A stretch of 63,059 nt of DNA, counting the filler, from Choristocarpus tenellus KU-1152 (taxonomy: Eukaryota; Protista; Phaeophyceae): assembly GCA_964200185.2 (NCBI GenBank). It is 14 parts of 14 records of this genome, joined end to end, with 100 filler letters (N's around TTAATTAATTAA, not from the genome) between each part and the next. Parts side by side here need not be neighbours in the genome. Positions count along the whole stretch, not along the records: positions 14,397 to 17,201 come from CAXNAD020024596.1; positions 17,302 to 24,081 come from CAXNAD020007366.1; positions 24,182 to 27,065 come from CAXNAD020023944.1; positions 27,166 to 29,853 come from CAXNAD020025643.1; 10 more parts are not named here. One strand, 5' to 3'. Of this stretch, positions 14,397-27,299 are shown piece after piece (the stretch's first letter is position 1; every line of letters starts with the position of its first letter). Under the pieces are notes generated by a model that saw only the letters and a list, made by a program, of their open reading frames with translations, did not search any database and was not told the origin of the DNA. A program made the position numbers and the translations under genes.

Positions 14397-17201
14397 CCGT
14401 AGTAGTGGAGCCAGTCATACACTCCATGCCTGCTGTAGATCAAACCTCTGAACCTACACATCCATGGAATCGTATCGTAGCTGCTCGCACTCTCAGTATT
14501 TGGTCAACCAATAAAAAATCAGTATTGGTTCAACTAGCAAATCCAACAACACGGAAAGTACGTATCAGGAAGCATCTTGTGATAGGTCACTTAACAGTTC
14601 TTAAGTGAAATGCTCTTTTGTCATTATGATAAGAAAAAAGTATGGATATTGATAGATGAATATGATGCTGTCCTCAATGCGGCATATCAAGACCCACATT
14701 TTAATGAAAGTGATTTAAACTCTACGATATCACTGTTTAAACTCTTATATGAAGCAGCTCTTAAGAAAAATGACTTTCTTGAAAGATCTACCCCTATTTC
14801 AGATCAGGTACCAATTACTGTTAGTGCTCTAAATACGGATTCTGCTCCGTTCAGTAAAGCTAGAGAGGAGTTACATCAAGCCTTCACCAAGTCAAATGCA
14901 TTCTAAAATACCACGTTCAACCGGTCACAAGTGTCTCAACTTTTAGACCTCTGTGCTCGTTATAGATCGGTATTTTCGTTGAATACAGCAGAACTAGGCA
15001 AATGTACCCTAGCTGAAGCAGAAATTCCTATAGAGCCTGGTATCAAACCTGTGGACAGGAACCCTTACAGAGCAAACCCCCGTACTCAACAAGTAATTGA
15101 CTCTTGTGTTATTACTATGGAAGAGAAAGGCATTATTGAAAAACGTGCCTGCCCTTGGGGTAGTCCTGTTACTATTGTGGCCAAATCTAATGGCTCCCCA
15201 CGATTCTGTGTAGACTGTAGGTCCACTGTTAACAAACACCTTGTTCGACAGTCTTGGCCTATGCCTGATATATAGAGTCTCATATTGATACTGTTGGGGG
15301 TGCCAAATTTATCACCGTTTGTGATATTCAGAGTGCATATTGGCAAATTCCTGTTGCTGAGGATGACATTGATAAAACTGTTTTTGTCACGTCCAGAGGC
15401 AAATATGTTTTTAAGAGGATGCCCTTTGGGATATCAAATGCCCCTTGGCAATTTCAAAGAATCATGTCCTTAGCCTTTGCCACTTTGGTCCATTGAGTGG
15501 GTTGCTAGTTTACATGGATGATCTGATTGCTTGTTCTCCCACATAAGAAGGACATATACACTTCCTGGAACAGCAGTTCAAAGCGTTACAAGCAGCAGGT
15601 TTAACTTTGAAACCGTCAAAGATCCAGTTTGGACCCAAAGAAGTACGTTACCTGGGTCACATTTTATCGTCTGAAGGGATTCGTATCGGTGAGGATCGTG
15701 TCCGTGCAATCACTGAATTACCCAAACCCACCACCACCATCAAAGAACTTCGATCTGTCCTAGGTATGATAAATTTTGTACGTAAATTCATACCCAACTT
15801 AGCCACAGTAATCGAATCGTTAGTTCTTCTCACTAAGGTGTCAATAAGAGAGTGGATAAAGAATGGGGATTGCACCAGGATGTGGCATTTTTTAAAGTAA
15901 AACAATTACTCACTGCTGCCCCGGTTCTCGTGTTTCCTGACTTTACCAAAGAATTCATCGTCCATGTTGATGCCAGTGAGAGTGGTGCTGGAGGTTTTTT
16001 AGCACAACCTCGATCCGATAATCCTGCAGACCTAGGTATCATTGCATACTTCAGCAAGAAATTTCATGAAGCTCAACGTCATTAATCAGCTATATTAAGA
16101 GAGTGTTATGCAGTCGTTGCAGCCATCACGCGTTGGCGACCGCATCTTTGGGGTAGACACTTTATCTCCATCACAGATCATGCCGCATTGTGTTACTTGT
16201 ATAGAATGCAGGATACCAGTAACATGCTTACTCGTTGGGCTATTGCTCTTCAAGCTTATGATTTCACTGTCAAACACAAGCCCGGTAAGCTCAATGTTAT
16301 ACCTGATACTCTATCTCGTATTTTCAAGTTTGAGGAACAGGAGAAATCCGTTGCTCCAATGCTGGCACCAATCTGTCGTAATGTGCTTGAAGGTAGTCGT
16401 GCATTTACCACACGTGTTCAAAAGGAATATGAGCTATCTGCTTCTAATCTTGACCAAGCAATGCCTGTCCAAAGTGATCGAACTATTTACTAGTTCCACT
16501 ACTGTGTTTCCTTCAGTGGACCAGGAGCAATTGTACAAGGAGCAAGAGTCCGAGTTCGGACCATTTTTTAGATGTTTGCAGTCCCCCAACGTCGCCCCAC
16601 TGTCTGATAAGGAACCAACGACGTCTATGTCGTACTTTTTCCCTTCGTAATGGCTTACTGTATCGTTCGTATTTCCGAGGCCATCTTCGTAAAAGGAGCA
16701 CATTTAGAGACCAGTTGGTCGTTCCTCACACGTTAGTCCGTCTTGTACTCCATGCTTGCCATGACCATGCATTGTCTGGAGGTCACTTAGGTTTCAAGCC
16801 CATGTTCGATAAGGTTAGAGACTCGTATTGGTGGCCAACGTTCAGTATCGATATCGTACATGGTGTCGTGATTGTCAAGCATGCCAAACACGTAAGACTG
16901 CTCATGAGGAACCTACGCTTCCTACTGGTCATATGCCCGTCGACAGACCATTTCAACGTGTTGCTATTGATTTGGTAGAGAGTACAAAACACGTTCCCCA
17001 GCAGCAAATGGTGTCGCGTGCTCGTATGTGTTGTCTGCCATTGATCACCTCACTCGTTTTGTTGTGCTGAGCCCTATTCCAAATAAAGGGGCCGCAACAA
17101 TTGCTCGTACGCTGGTAGGATGTGTATTTTCAATTTTTTGGTCCACCCGAGTTGTTACACTCCGATCAAGGTACCGAATTTGAAAACAGTATTGTTGCAG
17201 A
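14397..17201 (+). mobile_element. Ty3/Gypsy pol (RT, RNase H, integrase), decayed; fills the whole contig
   Basis: PWGSPVTIVAKSNGSPRFCVDCR, RMPFG, YMDDL (~15511-15525), EVRYLGHIL, ELRSVLGMINFVRKFI, FIVHVDASESGAG, TDHAAL, RWAIALQAYDF..KHKPGKLN, HDHALSGGHLG, YWWP, CRDCQACQ, PFQRVAIDL, SDQGTEF. Several stops and frameshifts. Confidence 0.96.
14595..14786 (+). pseudogene. Fragment of a bacterial-type AAA-ATPase-like gene (PF09820-like) inserted in Gypsy pol
   Basis: Open frame QFLSEMLFCHYDKKKVWILIDEYDAVLNAAY...FKLLYEAALKKNDFLER carries the hhhhDEYD Walker-B signature of that family. By hand count it is about 31% GC versus about 42% in the following 114 nt. Confidence 0.75.
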
Positions 17202-17513
17202 NNNNNNNNNNNNNNNNNNNNNNNNNNNNNNNNNNNNNNNNNNNNTTAATTAATTAANNNNNNNNNNNNNNNNNNNNNNNNNNNNNNNNNNNNNNNNNNN
17301 NGGGCGGGGTTGGAGAGATACAGCTAAGGGTGCTATTTTTGTTTGAAGGTTGCTGTTTTGCAGGGTGTGTAAATGGGGTTTTGGTGGAGTGGGCAGTATG
17401 GTATGACTGTGAGAGAAAGTAATGAAGAAACCAATAAAGATATTTGTTTTCCCCCTGACACATCTGCAATATGTCCGAGGGCATAATAATAATAATTAAG
17501 ACAATAGGGTAGT

Positions 17514-17607
17514 TCATACCGTCATCTGTATAAGTCATATCATCATCTGTATAAGTCATACCATCATCGGTATAAGTCATACATCATCGGTATAAGTCAT
17601 ACCATCA
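17514..17607. repeat. ~21-bp tandem repeat (about 4.5 copies)
   Basis: GTATAAGTCATACCATCATCG units. Confidence 0.9.
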
Positions 17608-17762
17608 CTCCAACCCGCTGCCCCCTCCCCGTATCCGGGCGTTGCAGCAGTCTTCATCTTCTACTCGGGAAGATCATTGACACAACACAAAGTGGACGTC
17701 TACCTTTTTTTTTTATTCTTGTGGGTTGATTGGTTGATTGCGTTGGGAGATTTTGTTGCGGT

Positions 17763-17855
17763 ATTGTGGTGGCGTAAAGAGGTATACCTTTGATGTGTGT
17801 GGCGTAAAGAGGTATACCTTTGTATTGTGGTGGCGTGAAGAGGTATACCTTTGAT
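17763..17855. repeat. ~30-bp tandem repeat (3 copies)
   Basis: TGTGGTGGCGTAAAGAGGTATACCTTTG units. Confidence 0.9.
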
Positions 17856-17913
17856 GGGTGTGGAGGATGTCTCTCGATCTGCCCGATGTATGTGGAACAC
17901 TGCATTGAAGACG

Positions 17914-18184
17914 GAGTGAAAGTGTGTAAGAGGGTGGTACGAGTTTTGCACTGTTTGTCCATTTGGGGCTTGGCTTCTCATGGGTTTTTCGTGATATTTT
18001 CCTAATCCGAACTGTTTAGGAGTGTAGGTGAAATGTATACGTTATGAAAAGGTGTGTCCGGAACAGGGATGTTGACACTTTTCCTAACAAACACGATAGC
18101 TGAAATTACATCAAAATCGCAAACATTGGATTTTGGCCCCCAAATGGACGCAGCCCTACCCTAACCCTAAGATACTTTTGACTC
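17914..18184 (-). mobile_element. MITE family C, reverse orientation
   Basis: GAGTGAAAGTGTGTAAGAGGGT ... CCCTAAGATACTTTTGACTC; the interior resembles the reverse complement of 26024-26283. Confidence 0.8.
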
Positions 18185-18520
18185 AAACTGTACCGTTGTT
18201 CAGCCCCAAAGTTAACCCTAACACTAACACTAACACTAACCCTATATTTTTAATTAGAGAAAAATGAATTGTGTGAAAGGGTGTGATCCCACTCTGTACG
18301 CCCCCCAGACAGAAAAAGAAAAAGAGAAGAAGTGTAAGTTCAATAAGAACTGTAGGTGAACATGTTTTTTTTTTTACCCTGACCGTAACCCTAACCCTTA
18401 ACCCTAACATGAGAAGAAAAAACAATGTATCCCTACAAACACACCAGGCACGCACGCACCCCAACACGCATGCAATCTCTTGATGTTTTTTTTTTTTAAT
18501 GTGTGCTCACGCTATCGGGC

Positions 18521-18647
18521 AACAAACGTCACATGATCACCATGATCATAGATATTCTCCCAATAAACGTCACATGATCATCATGATCATAGATAGTCTC
18601 CCAACAAACGTCACATGATCATCATGATCATAGATAGTCTCCCAACA
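18521..18647. repeat. 40-bp tandem repeat (3 copies)
   Basis: AAACGTCACATGATCATCATGATCATAGATAGTCTCCCAAC units. Confidence 0.9.
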
Positions 18648-18738
18648 GGTCATGCGCCGGAAAAGATACGTTTTTTATCTCTCTTGTCTCTCATACCTGA
18701 CATACCTCTCATGTCTCTCATACCTGACATACCTCTAG

Positions 18739-20637
18739 GTGTCGGGTTCTGACACCTCAGATGACGAGGCTGCTTCTGGGTGGCTGGATCTTTCAGGGCT
18801 GGGTCAGGGGGAGTACTGTGGGTACTTGCTTAAGAAGAGTGAACGAGACCGTACTCTGTGGAGGAGGCGTTGGTGTATTCTGACGGTAAGAAGTTACAGT
18901 AGTGTATGTTTTATGTGAATGTATGTGTGTATTATGTATGTTTATGTGACTCTGAGAAGTTACAGTAGTTTATGCTTTATGTGAGTGTAAGAAGTTACAG
19001 TAGTGTATGTTTTATGTGAATGTATGTGTGTATTATGTATGTTTATGTGACTCTGAGAAGTTACAGTAGTGTATGTTTTATGTGAATGTATCTGTGTATT
19101 ATGTATGTTTGTGTGACTCTGAGAAGTTACAGTAGTTTATGCTTTATGTGAATGTAAGAAGTTACAGTAGTGTATGTTTTATGTGAATGTATCTGTGTAT
19201 TATGTATGTTTATGTGACTCTGAGAAGTTACAGTAGTGTATGTTTCATGAATGTATGTGTGCATATGTGTTTTGTTTATTATTTATGTGTACATAATGTT
19301 TGTTGGATGGTAACATGAAAATAGATAGTTCCTACTTAGGTATGTTGACACCACTGTGGGTCAGTATATTACAAAACTCTAATATTAATATTAATAGTAT
19401 ATATATATATATTATGTATATGTTTGCTTCCAAACCTTTCTACCTGCTGACCCTAACGCAGAAGTCTGGATCAAAGATTCAGTTCCAGATACCATGCAAT
19501 GAAGCATTTTTGAGAGATTTTTTATTTTATTTCCAAGATATTGAACAGAAAAGGCTGTGGGTATATAAACAAACAATTTTAGGTATTCAGATGTCACACA
19601 TTTGTTGTACGGGTGTTCTATGTGAGGCATGGCAACCTCAAACCTTAGTCTTTTTTGTTGTTTTTGTAGAAGGTCAGACACGCCTTCCATGGTGCCTCAC
19701 AGCGAACCCCATCGAAGACAGTAACTGTACAAAAAAAATATAAAAGACTTGGTACAACTACTGTGAAAATATACCAATGACAGTATGAAGAATTTGATAT
19801 ATACCATCATCGGTATACATACATATGTTTGTATGTATGTATTATTATTATTATTATTAATATTATTATATGTTGGTGGTATACCCTAAGATGTCATACC
19901 GGTCTGCCAATTCTCCTTACATGTGTTTTTGGTTGGGAATCTCTGATTCGTTGTTGAAGATATTTTTGCTTACTTCCCTCACCCCGAGGGCCAACAACGC
20001 CTGTGATCTTTAGGAGGGGAGTTGTTGTGTGCTTACTGTGCGTGTATTGTAGTGGAAATTACACCTCGGAATGGCGTTTGCAAAACGGGAAGGCGGTGGT
20101 GGATGGATGGATGGATGAAAAGGGGGTGGCAGAGCATTCTCGTTGCATCAACCCTAACCCTAACCCTACTCTGTGGCGTTGGTAGCACTAACCCTAAACC
20201 TAACCCTTCCAGTGTTATTATATGATATTTTGATGTTTATCTGGTAGGCAATTGATTCGAGACATTCCATGACACAAGGAAAGGAACTGAATCCAAGAGG
20301 ACGGCGGGAAAAAGTCCGACCCCCCCCCCCCCATATATATATATATTTTCAAAAGCAGTTTTTTCACTCTGAGACTTGTCCAGTGTTTCCTCTCCTGAGA
20401 CGAACCCAAGAATGTTATCTGTTATTCTGTAGGTGATGATGTTCAAGTTGGAAAGAAGAAGGAGAAGAAGAAAATAAAGAAGAGTGATGCCGAGAGCCTT
20501 GTTGTGTTTGTTGTTGGCAAAGGTTAGGGATGAGAAAGGAATGAGAAATGAATGAGAAAGGAATGACATCTTTATTATTCTTTCAACTTTTTTGTCATTA
20601 ATTTTACTCTCAGCAGCAGTATATCTCGATAGCAAGA

Positions 20638-20669
<32 letters not shown>

Positions 20670-23263
20670 TTATTTTTCATGTTTGTAGGGTCATGGAAAA
20701 TCTTTAGGAAAAACATTATATTTGAAATATGGACTTTAGCCCAACATCATATAAAAAGTAACGTGAATAGGACAACAAGGATATAAACCCTAACCCTGTT
20801 GCTGCAAATTTGGTTCTATTGTTCGCACCATTTTTTACTCCGCTTTTTTTTTGAAGTAATGAAAAAAAAAGCATATATATATATACTGAAAATGACTTTG
20901 TCTCTTTAAGGAATTATTCTTATACGTGAGATATTAGTATGTAATAATAATAATAATATATATTAGAAGTAAAAAAAGAGGATATTTTCATCGTTTTTTT
21001 TAATAGAATCGTGTTTTCGCAGGGTGTACCCTAACCCTAACGACAACTGTTCCGAATAGAAACGTTACGATTTATTTATTTATTATTATTATTTTCTATT
21101 GTGTTGACAATCGTCAGTTGGTGGAGAGGTAGGTAGTGTGACGTTTTAACTCTCTTACCTCACCCAAACGGTACAAGCGATTCCTATTTTACCATAAACA
21201 TTCTTTTTCTCCTCGGTGATACCTATGATTATACCAACACAATACCTATGAATAAACCAATACCCTGGTTTTAAAGCACAGGACTTCTCTCTTTGTGTGT
21301 ATATTTCTCTTTCTCTCCTCTCTTCTTTAGATCTCCATGTCTCTAATACTCTCTCTTTCTCTTTCTCTCTTTATCTCCCTCTCTCTATTTTCCTATTTCT
21401 TTGATTCTGTTGCTCATTCTGTTTCTATCTCTTCTCTGTTCCTATTCTCTCTATCTCTATATCTATCTCTCCCTCTTCAATCTATTTGGTGACTCTTGAC
21501 AGAGTGATCGTTTATGGATTATTCGAAGCAAGAGTCAGCAGGCTGGCCGGCGAGGGAGGGAGAGGAAGCATTCTCATTCCCTTCCACTGGTTTCTTGCAA
21601 CCCTAGAGAATCTTCCAAGGCCTCGGTAAGCATGTTGTTTTTTTTAATACCACTTTGTGGTCTTCTCTCTCTGCGTTATTACTAGTAGTATTATTGTCAA
21701 TATTATTATTATTGTTAGTTTTATTACTAGTAGTATTATTGTCAATATTATTATTATTGTTAGTTTTATTACTATTATTATTATTGTCAATATTATTATT
21801 ATTGTTAGTTTTATTACTAGTAGTATTATTGTCAATATTAGCATTATTGTTAGTTTTATTACTATTATTATTATTGTCAATATTATTATTATTGTTAGTT
21901 TTATTACTAGTAGTATTATTGTCAATATTAGCATTATTGTTGTTATTGCAAAGCTGTAGTTGCACATGATGGACACATGTCTACCTACATCACTTTTCTT
22001 TTTATTTTGACGTGGTTGTCATGAGGGGAAGAGTCTGTCTTGCGTCGCCTTTTTTTTTTGACAAAGTAATGCCTTCCTTCACTATGGGTTTTATTTCATC
22101 TGTCAACAGTACAGTTTGTGATTTGTTTTCTAGTAGTACAAAAATAAATAAATAGTAATGTGAATAAATAAATAAATAGTATGGTGTGTTATTGTGGTCG
22201 TTGTCATCGGGTGAGATGATTGGTTCTCTGTGATGACTACAGATTGTATGCACGTCCAGAATCAAAGACATTTTGTGGTTTTTATTTTTATTTTAGGAGG
22301 TGATAATACTTTTTTTGGGGGGGGGAGTAGAATATTTGTACTTTAAGCAGGTGATATCGCTCTGATAATATAGTTAATTGTTATTGTTACTGTGATAGTA
22401 TTACTATGATAGTATTATTATTGATGAAATTATCACTGTGATGATATTGATAGTGGTAGAACTACTATGATAGTAATATTATTGATGAAATTATCACTGC
22501 GATAATATTGGTAGTAGTAGCACCAATGTGATGTTCATAGTACTATTGACAATGCAAAGGAGTAATTGTGATGAGATTTCTCCATCACAAGTATCAGCAG
22601 CAATACCTTCTGCAGTTAATTTTTTTTTGTGAGAATTAACCCCCCAGCCCTATGGTCGACTGAATGCTCTTGGGAAAAAAAGATTATCAAGTGGATACTA
22701 CTATATGAGCATCAAAATCTAACTTTTTTTTCAAAATATGTTTTTTTGTAGTTACGTCTTTTTTTGTCAGAAATGCATGGGACCCAAATGCCCAAGACAG
22801 CCTTTTTTTTTCATGATTCACAATTTTTTTGTTTATTTTAATACTGATCGTCACCTTTTGGGGGGGGGGGGACGACAGTTTTGTTTGCCTTTACCGTAAT
22901 ATTGTTAATGCAGTGTATTGCAGAATGTGTGACATTGTATCTTTATTTTTTTTTAACAATCGCATGTTGTATTTTTATTTCATTTTATTTTTAGTGTGTG
23001 TGTGTGTATTGGTTTGTTATGTGTTGACTCTTTTTTGATGATGTGGTTAGGGTGGGTATCCTTAAGGTAGTCTAGGGTTAGGGTTAATATATTTCATTTC
23101 AGATATATCTTTTTGTGTAGATACAAAGATATTTATGCAAGAAAATGCTCACAAGTTGTCCTCTTCTCTTGATACTCTCAGGCCCCGCGGCATTCGTTTG
23201 AACTACACTTTGGTCACCGGGTCCACATGGTGAGGGGAAAGGATGTGGTTGATTGGAAGACAG
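18739..23263 (+). CDS. PH-domain protein; partial, exons 18739-18885, 21503-21625 and 23182-~23263
   Basis: EYCGYLLKKSERDRTLWRRRWCILT|SDRLWIIRS...|APRHSFELHFGHRVHM... follows the PH beta-strand pattern (G.L.K ... W.RRW..L ... FEL). Phase-0 AG/GT junctions; the third exon donor is uncertain (23229 or 23263). Confidence 0.8.
18886..19258. repeat. Intronic compound tandem repeat (~35 and ~65-bp units)
   Basis: Recurring AGAAGTTACAGTAGTGTATGTTTTATGTGAATGTA. Confidence 0.9.
21676..21950. repeat. 45-bp AT-rich intronic minisatellite (about 6 copies)
   Basis: TTATTACTAGTAGTATTATTGTCAATATTATTATTATTGTTAGTT units. Confidence 0.9.
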
Positions 23264-23772
23264 GTAGATTGGGATGGGATGGGATGGGATGGCATGTGGC
23301 TAACAGGTATTTTTATCATGTATGATGTATTTTTTATTTATGTTAATGATATTTAGGTGTTATTGGTGGGTCAGGATGGGAGGAGGGTTTGGCAAGCTTG
23401 TAGTGTTCTAATAGTTACAGTAGTGTTGTAGAAGTGTTCTAGTAGTGTTAGTTGTAGTAACAGAATGATTTGATGAAGTAGTTTGTAAAATGTCATCAAG
23501 TTTTCAATAACCTGGGCAATGATACATCATATTAAGAACCATACATATATACATTACATAATACACATATTGTGGTAAAGCATCCAGTCAAAAGTTCAGA
23601 ACGAATACGTCCTATATAAAGCGAGTGTCACTGAGATTATATTCATTGTATTCAGTATATTCATTGTATTCATTGTATTCATTGTATTCATTGTATTCAT
23701 AGCTATCCCTAATCATATCACTTGCCTATTGATGCGCATGCATGCCTCCACAAGCCACAGTCATACAATCAT

Positions 23773-24081
23773 AATTGAAATTGTCCTAATTGAAATTGTC
23801 CTAATTGAAATTGTCCTAATTGAAATTGTCCTAATTGAAATTGTCCTAATTGAAATTGTCCTAGTTGAAATTGTCCTAATTGAAATTGTCCTAATTGAAA
23901 TTGTCCTAATTGAAATTGTCCTAATTGAAATTGTCCTAATTGAAATTGTCCTAGTTGAAATTGTCCTAATTGAAATTGTCCTAATTGAAATTGTCCTAGT
24001 TGAAATTGTCCTAATTGAAATTGTCCTAATTGAAATTGTCCTAGTTGAAATTGTCCTAATTGAAATTGTCCTAATTGAAAT
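23773..24081. repeat. 15-bp tandem repeat (about 20 copies, runs to contig end)
   Basis: (AATTGAAATTGTCCT)n with occasional A>G variant units. Confidence 0.97.
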
Positions 24082-24222
24082 NNNNNNNNNNNNNNNNNNN
24101 NNNNNNNNNNNNNNNNNNNNNNNNNTTAATTAATTAANNNNNNNNNNNNNNNNNNNNNNNNNNNNNNNNNNNNNNNNNNNNGCAAGAACGACCCAGCAAT
24201 TGGAATGATCAACCTCTATATT

Positions 24223-24390
24223 GAGTCAAAGTATCTGGGGGGGGGGGAGGGGATATCGGCGTCCGTTTTTCACCATTTTTTCGATTTTCACTTTTTTGGT
24301 GTGATTTGGTCGCACTTGTCGGATTTGAAATGTCAGCAAAAAAAAGAATTATTTGAACATAATGGACGCCCTCTCACAAACCACTCCCCA
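24223..24390 (+). mobile_element. MITE family B, right end degraded
   Basis: GAGTCAAAGTATCTG(n)...GCGTCCGTTTTT...AATGGACGCCCTCTCACAAACC. Confidence 0.75.
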
Positions 24391-24757
24391 AACATAACCA
24401 CCCTCATCTAAACCCTGCACTGCGTGAGAAGCCTCCACAGCAAGCACTCTAACCAACAGCAGGCCAACGACATAATAATGTACCACGCTGAGAGACCTTC
24501 ACAACTGCAGGAAACAATCGAATGGGTAGAGGCTCTCAGCCCATCCCATCCCATCCCAGCACAGCACAGCACAACAAAACACCACACTATTCCCAGAACA
24601 CCATCGCTCTGCAGGGATGCAGACATGAATTGCAGGAAGCAAACACGGATGAAGACAACAACTAACACAAAATACACTTCTTGCCTTCGTGCACATATCC
24701 AGGGATAGGGAACGATATGCAAGAAGAAAAGGCTTGAATAAAAAAATGTGGGGGGGG

Positions 24758-24802
<45 letters not shown>

Positions 24803-26023
24803 GGAAGGGAAACAATCTGTGACCACAATCCTCAAACATCACCAGATTTCTGGAGGGATTGACCCAAGGACATTCATTCATTGCCCCAACCCAAACCCCA
24901 ACTCCGCCTAACACCCCTCATCTTGCCGCAGTCAAGGTTTCAAAATACACTCTCGGCCTCACTGCTCGCTGCTGTCGTTCCCCTTCTATCCACGCAAATA
25001 TCGTACACCAGTCCCATTGCCGAAAAAAAATCTCTTCTCAGCGCTGAGCGATCCACTACACCTCCATGGCGCAAAAATCCTACCTATTTGATAGTCCCAC
25101 ACAGTCACATAGCGTCGTTATCCCACCGACCCTCATGCCATACTCATATCGACTGAGATCGAAGGTACTTTGCTACAGCTTTGGTCAAGTCATCCAGTTC
25201 TCGCTGTGCAGCAGCAGTCGTTTCTGAAGTCCCCCCCTTTAATTGTCGTATTTATTTAATTGTCAAGAGTAGGGTCAGTTGGTGGAATTTTTAAAACAGT
25301 AAGCACAGGTGAGTGGGATGAGGTAGAGCACAACGCAGTGGTTATCTCTTGGGACTGGGAGGAGCAAGTTGTATGTATGTATGTATGTATGTATGTATGT
25401 ATGTATGTATGTATGTATGTTACAGGCGATATGTCTTGATGGCGGTTTCATAAACACCATTATTATGAGATTGAAGTTCTAGATTTGATATATTTGTACT
25501 ACTTGACTATTTATTTATTATTTGGTCATTATGGTCCCCGATTGTGATAAGACATCGTTGATCAGTTCCTGTTATATGATGATATTGATGTTAATTCAAG
25601 TGAGAGATCCAGCATACCTGACGACTTGTGCATCAGGAGTCCTATACGTACATCAGTGTCATCTATAGGCCCGTAGATTGGAGCTATACATCATGTGGAG
25701 GTAAGCTTTGAGGGGCGCCTGTAACATATATGTATGTATGTATTCAATATTGAAAGGTGAGAGGCACAACAAAATACGGACATATGGGTGTGATCACACA
25801 CACTCGGGTGCAAGTTAACCCTCAAGTTAATATGAAGACAAAAAAAGTCACTTGCGAAAGTTTTCTGTCTATAAGGCAAGACGATCTACATACTGTGCTT
25901 GAGATTTCCACAATTCTAGTTTTAAATACACTGCATTTTGTAAAAATTAGCATCTGCGTGCCTGAATTAACTCAATTTTCTTTTCGGATAGCAACCAGGG
26001 CTCTTAGACAGAGTGATACATCA

Positions 26024-26283
26024 GAGTCAAAGTATCTTAGAGGGTAGAGCCGCGTCCATTTGGGGCCCAAAATCCCATGTTTCGATTTTGATGAAATTTT
26101 GGCTGTCATGTTTCTTAGGAAGTGTCAATACCCTTGTTCCAAGCACATCTTTTCATAGCAAATACATTTTACCTACTCCGAAACATTTCGGAGTAGGTAA
26201 AATGTCATAAAAAAACCTGTGGGAACCCAAGCCCTAAATGGACAAACACGGTAAAACTCGTACCCTCTAAGATACTTTCACTC
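26024..26283 (+). mobile_element. MITE family C, full copy
   Basis: ATCA|GAGTCAAAGTATCTTAGAGGGTA ... TACCCTCTAAGATACTTTCACTC|ATTA: 23-bp TIR with one mismatch and a near-perfect 4-bp TSD. Confidence 0.9.
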
Positions 26284-27299
26284 ATTACCATCCAATTAAT
26301 AGTATAATTATTCAAGTTGGAAGGAAACTGTAGTAAAGCGCTTTTGATCCTCTCACACGCCCGCAGCACACCATATCCAGGAACAGTGCAAAACACGTAA
26401 GTGGAGTAAGTGCAGCCTGCCACCTGCAAGGTAAGTGAGCACATGTGGCACATGGTGACGAAATGGGAAAAAGAAATGTCAGATATTATTTTATTCCCTG
26501 TGTTCATCACGGTGGCGTTACCAAAGCATATTAATACTTTCAATTTAGTAGAGGAACACATTGCAAGCGTTTCATGCCTCGAAAGGAGTTAGCACAACTT
26601 GAGGAGCTCTGTTGTCTAGCCTTACGCTGCACCAGGTTAAACTTTGAAGGAAAAGAAGTTGTGAACGAAATTGCTATTCAGCGTTGAAACCCAAGGACAG
26701 AAAAAAGTCAGAGCAGTTCACTCAAAGCACAACACGTACAATAGAGGTAATATTTCTGCCGATTGAACTTGGAGGTGTCACCGGTAAAGAAGAAAGTTTC
26801 CTGCCGATATCCTCCCCTTCTTGTCGGAAACCAAGGGTAATGGGAGGTGTTTGGAACAGGGTCTGGGGCAGAATTCTGTTGTCCTGCATGAAGGTCATGC
26901 TAACCCAGTTGCTAGTCACTAAGCACTCAATAGAAAATCCGTATGGCTTGAGGCAGGACACTATAGCAGCAGAGGAGAAGGTTGCAGGGGGGGAGGGATC
27001 GAGAGGTCACCAAAACTGCAGCAACCAGGGCCCAGGATCTAGGACCCAGGACTCAGCACCCAGCANNNNNNNNNNNNNNNNNNNNNNNNNNNNNNNNNNN
27101 NNNNNNNNNTTAATTAATTAANNNNNNNNNNNNNNNNNNNNNNNNNNNNNNNNNNNNNNNNNNNNAAAAAAAACAAAAAAAAAGGTCACAACCAAAAACC
27201 CAAAAAAAAAAAACCCCCCCCCCCCCCCCCCCCCCCCAGAGTCTTCCCACCGCCAAAAAAAGGCCCAAGGTGTTTTCACAAGACCAAAACCCACACCAC

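Noticed and set aside
21603-21976. Asn-rich and Leu/Ile-rich ORFs on both strands
   Set aside because: By-products of a 45-bp intronic minisatellite.
23729-24133. 134-aa ORF of (IEIVL)n
   Set aside because: Translation of a 15-bp tandem repeat running into a linker; no evidence of coding.
26289-26965. Possible exons of an unknown minus-strand gene
   Set aside because: Splice-like boundaries exist, but there is no recognisable domain and the reading frame is ambiguous.
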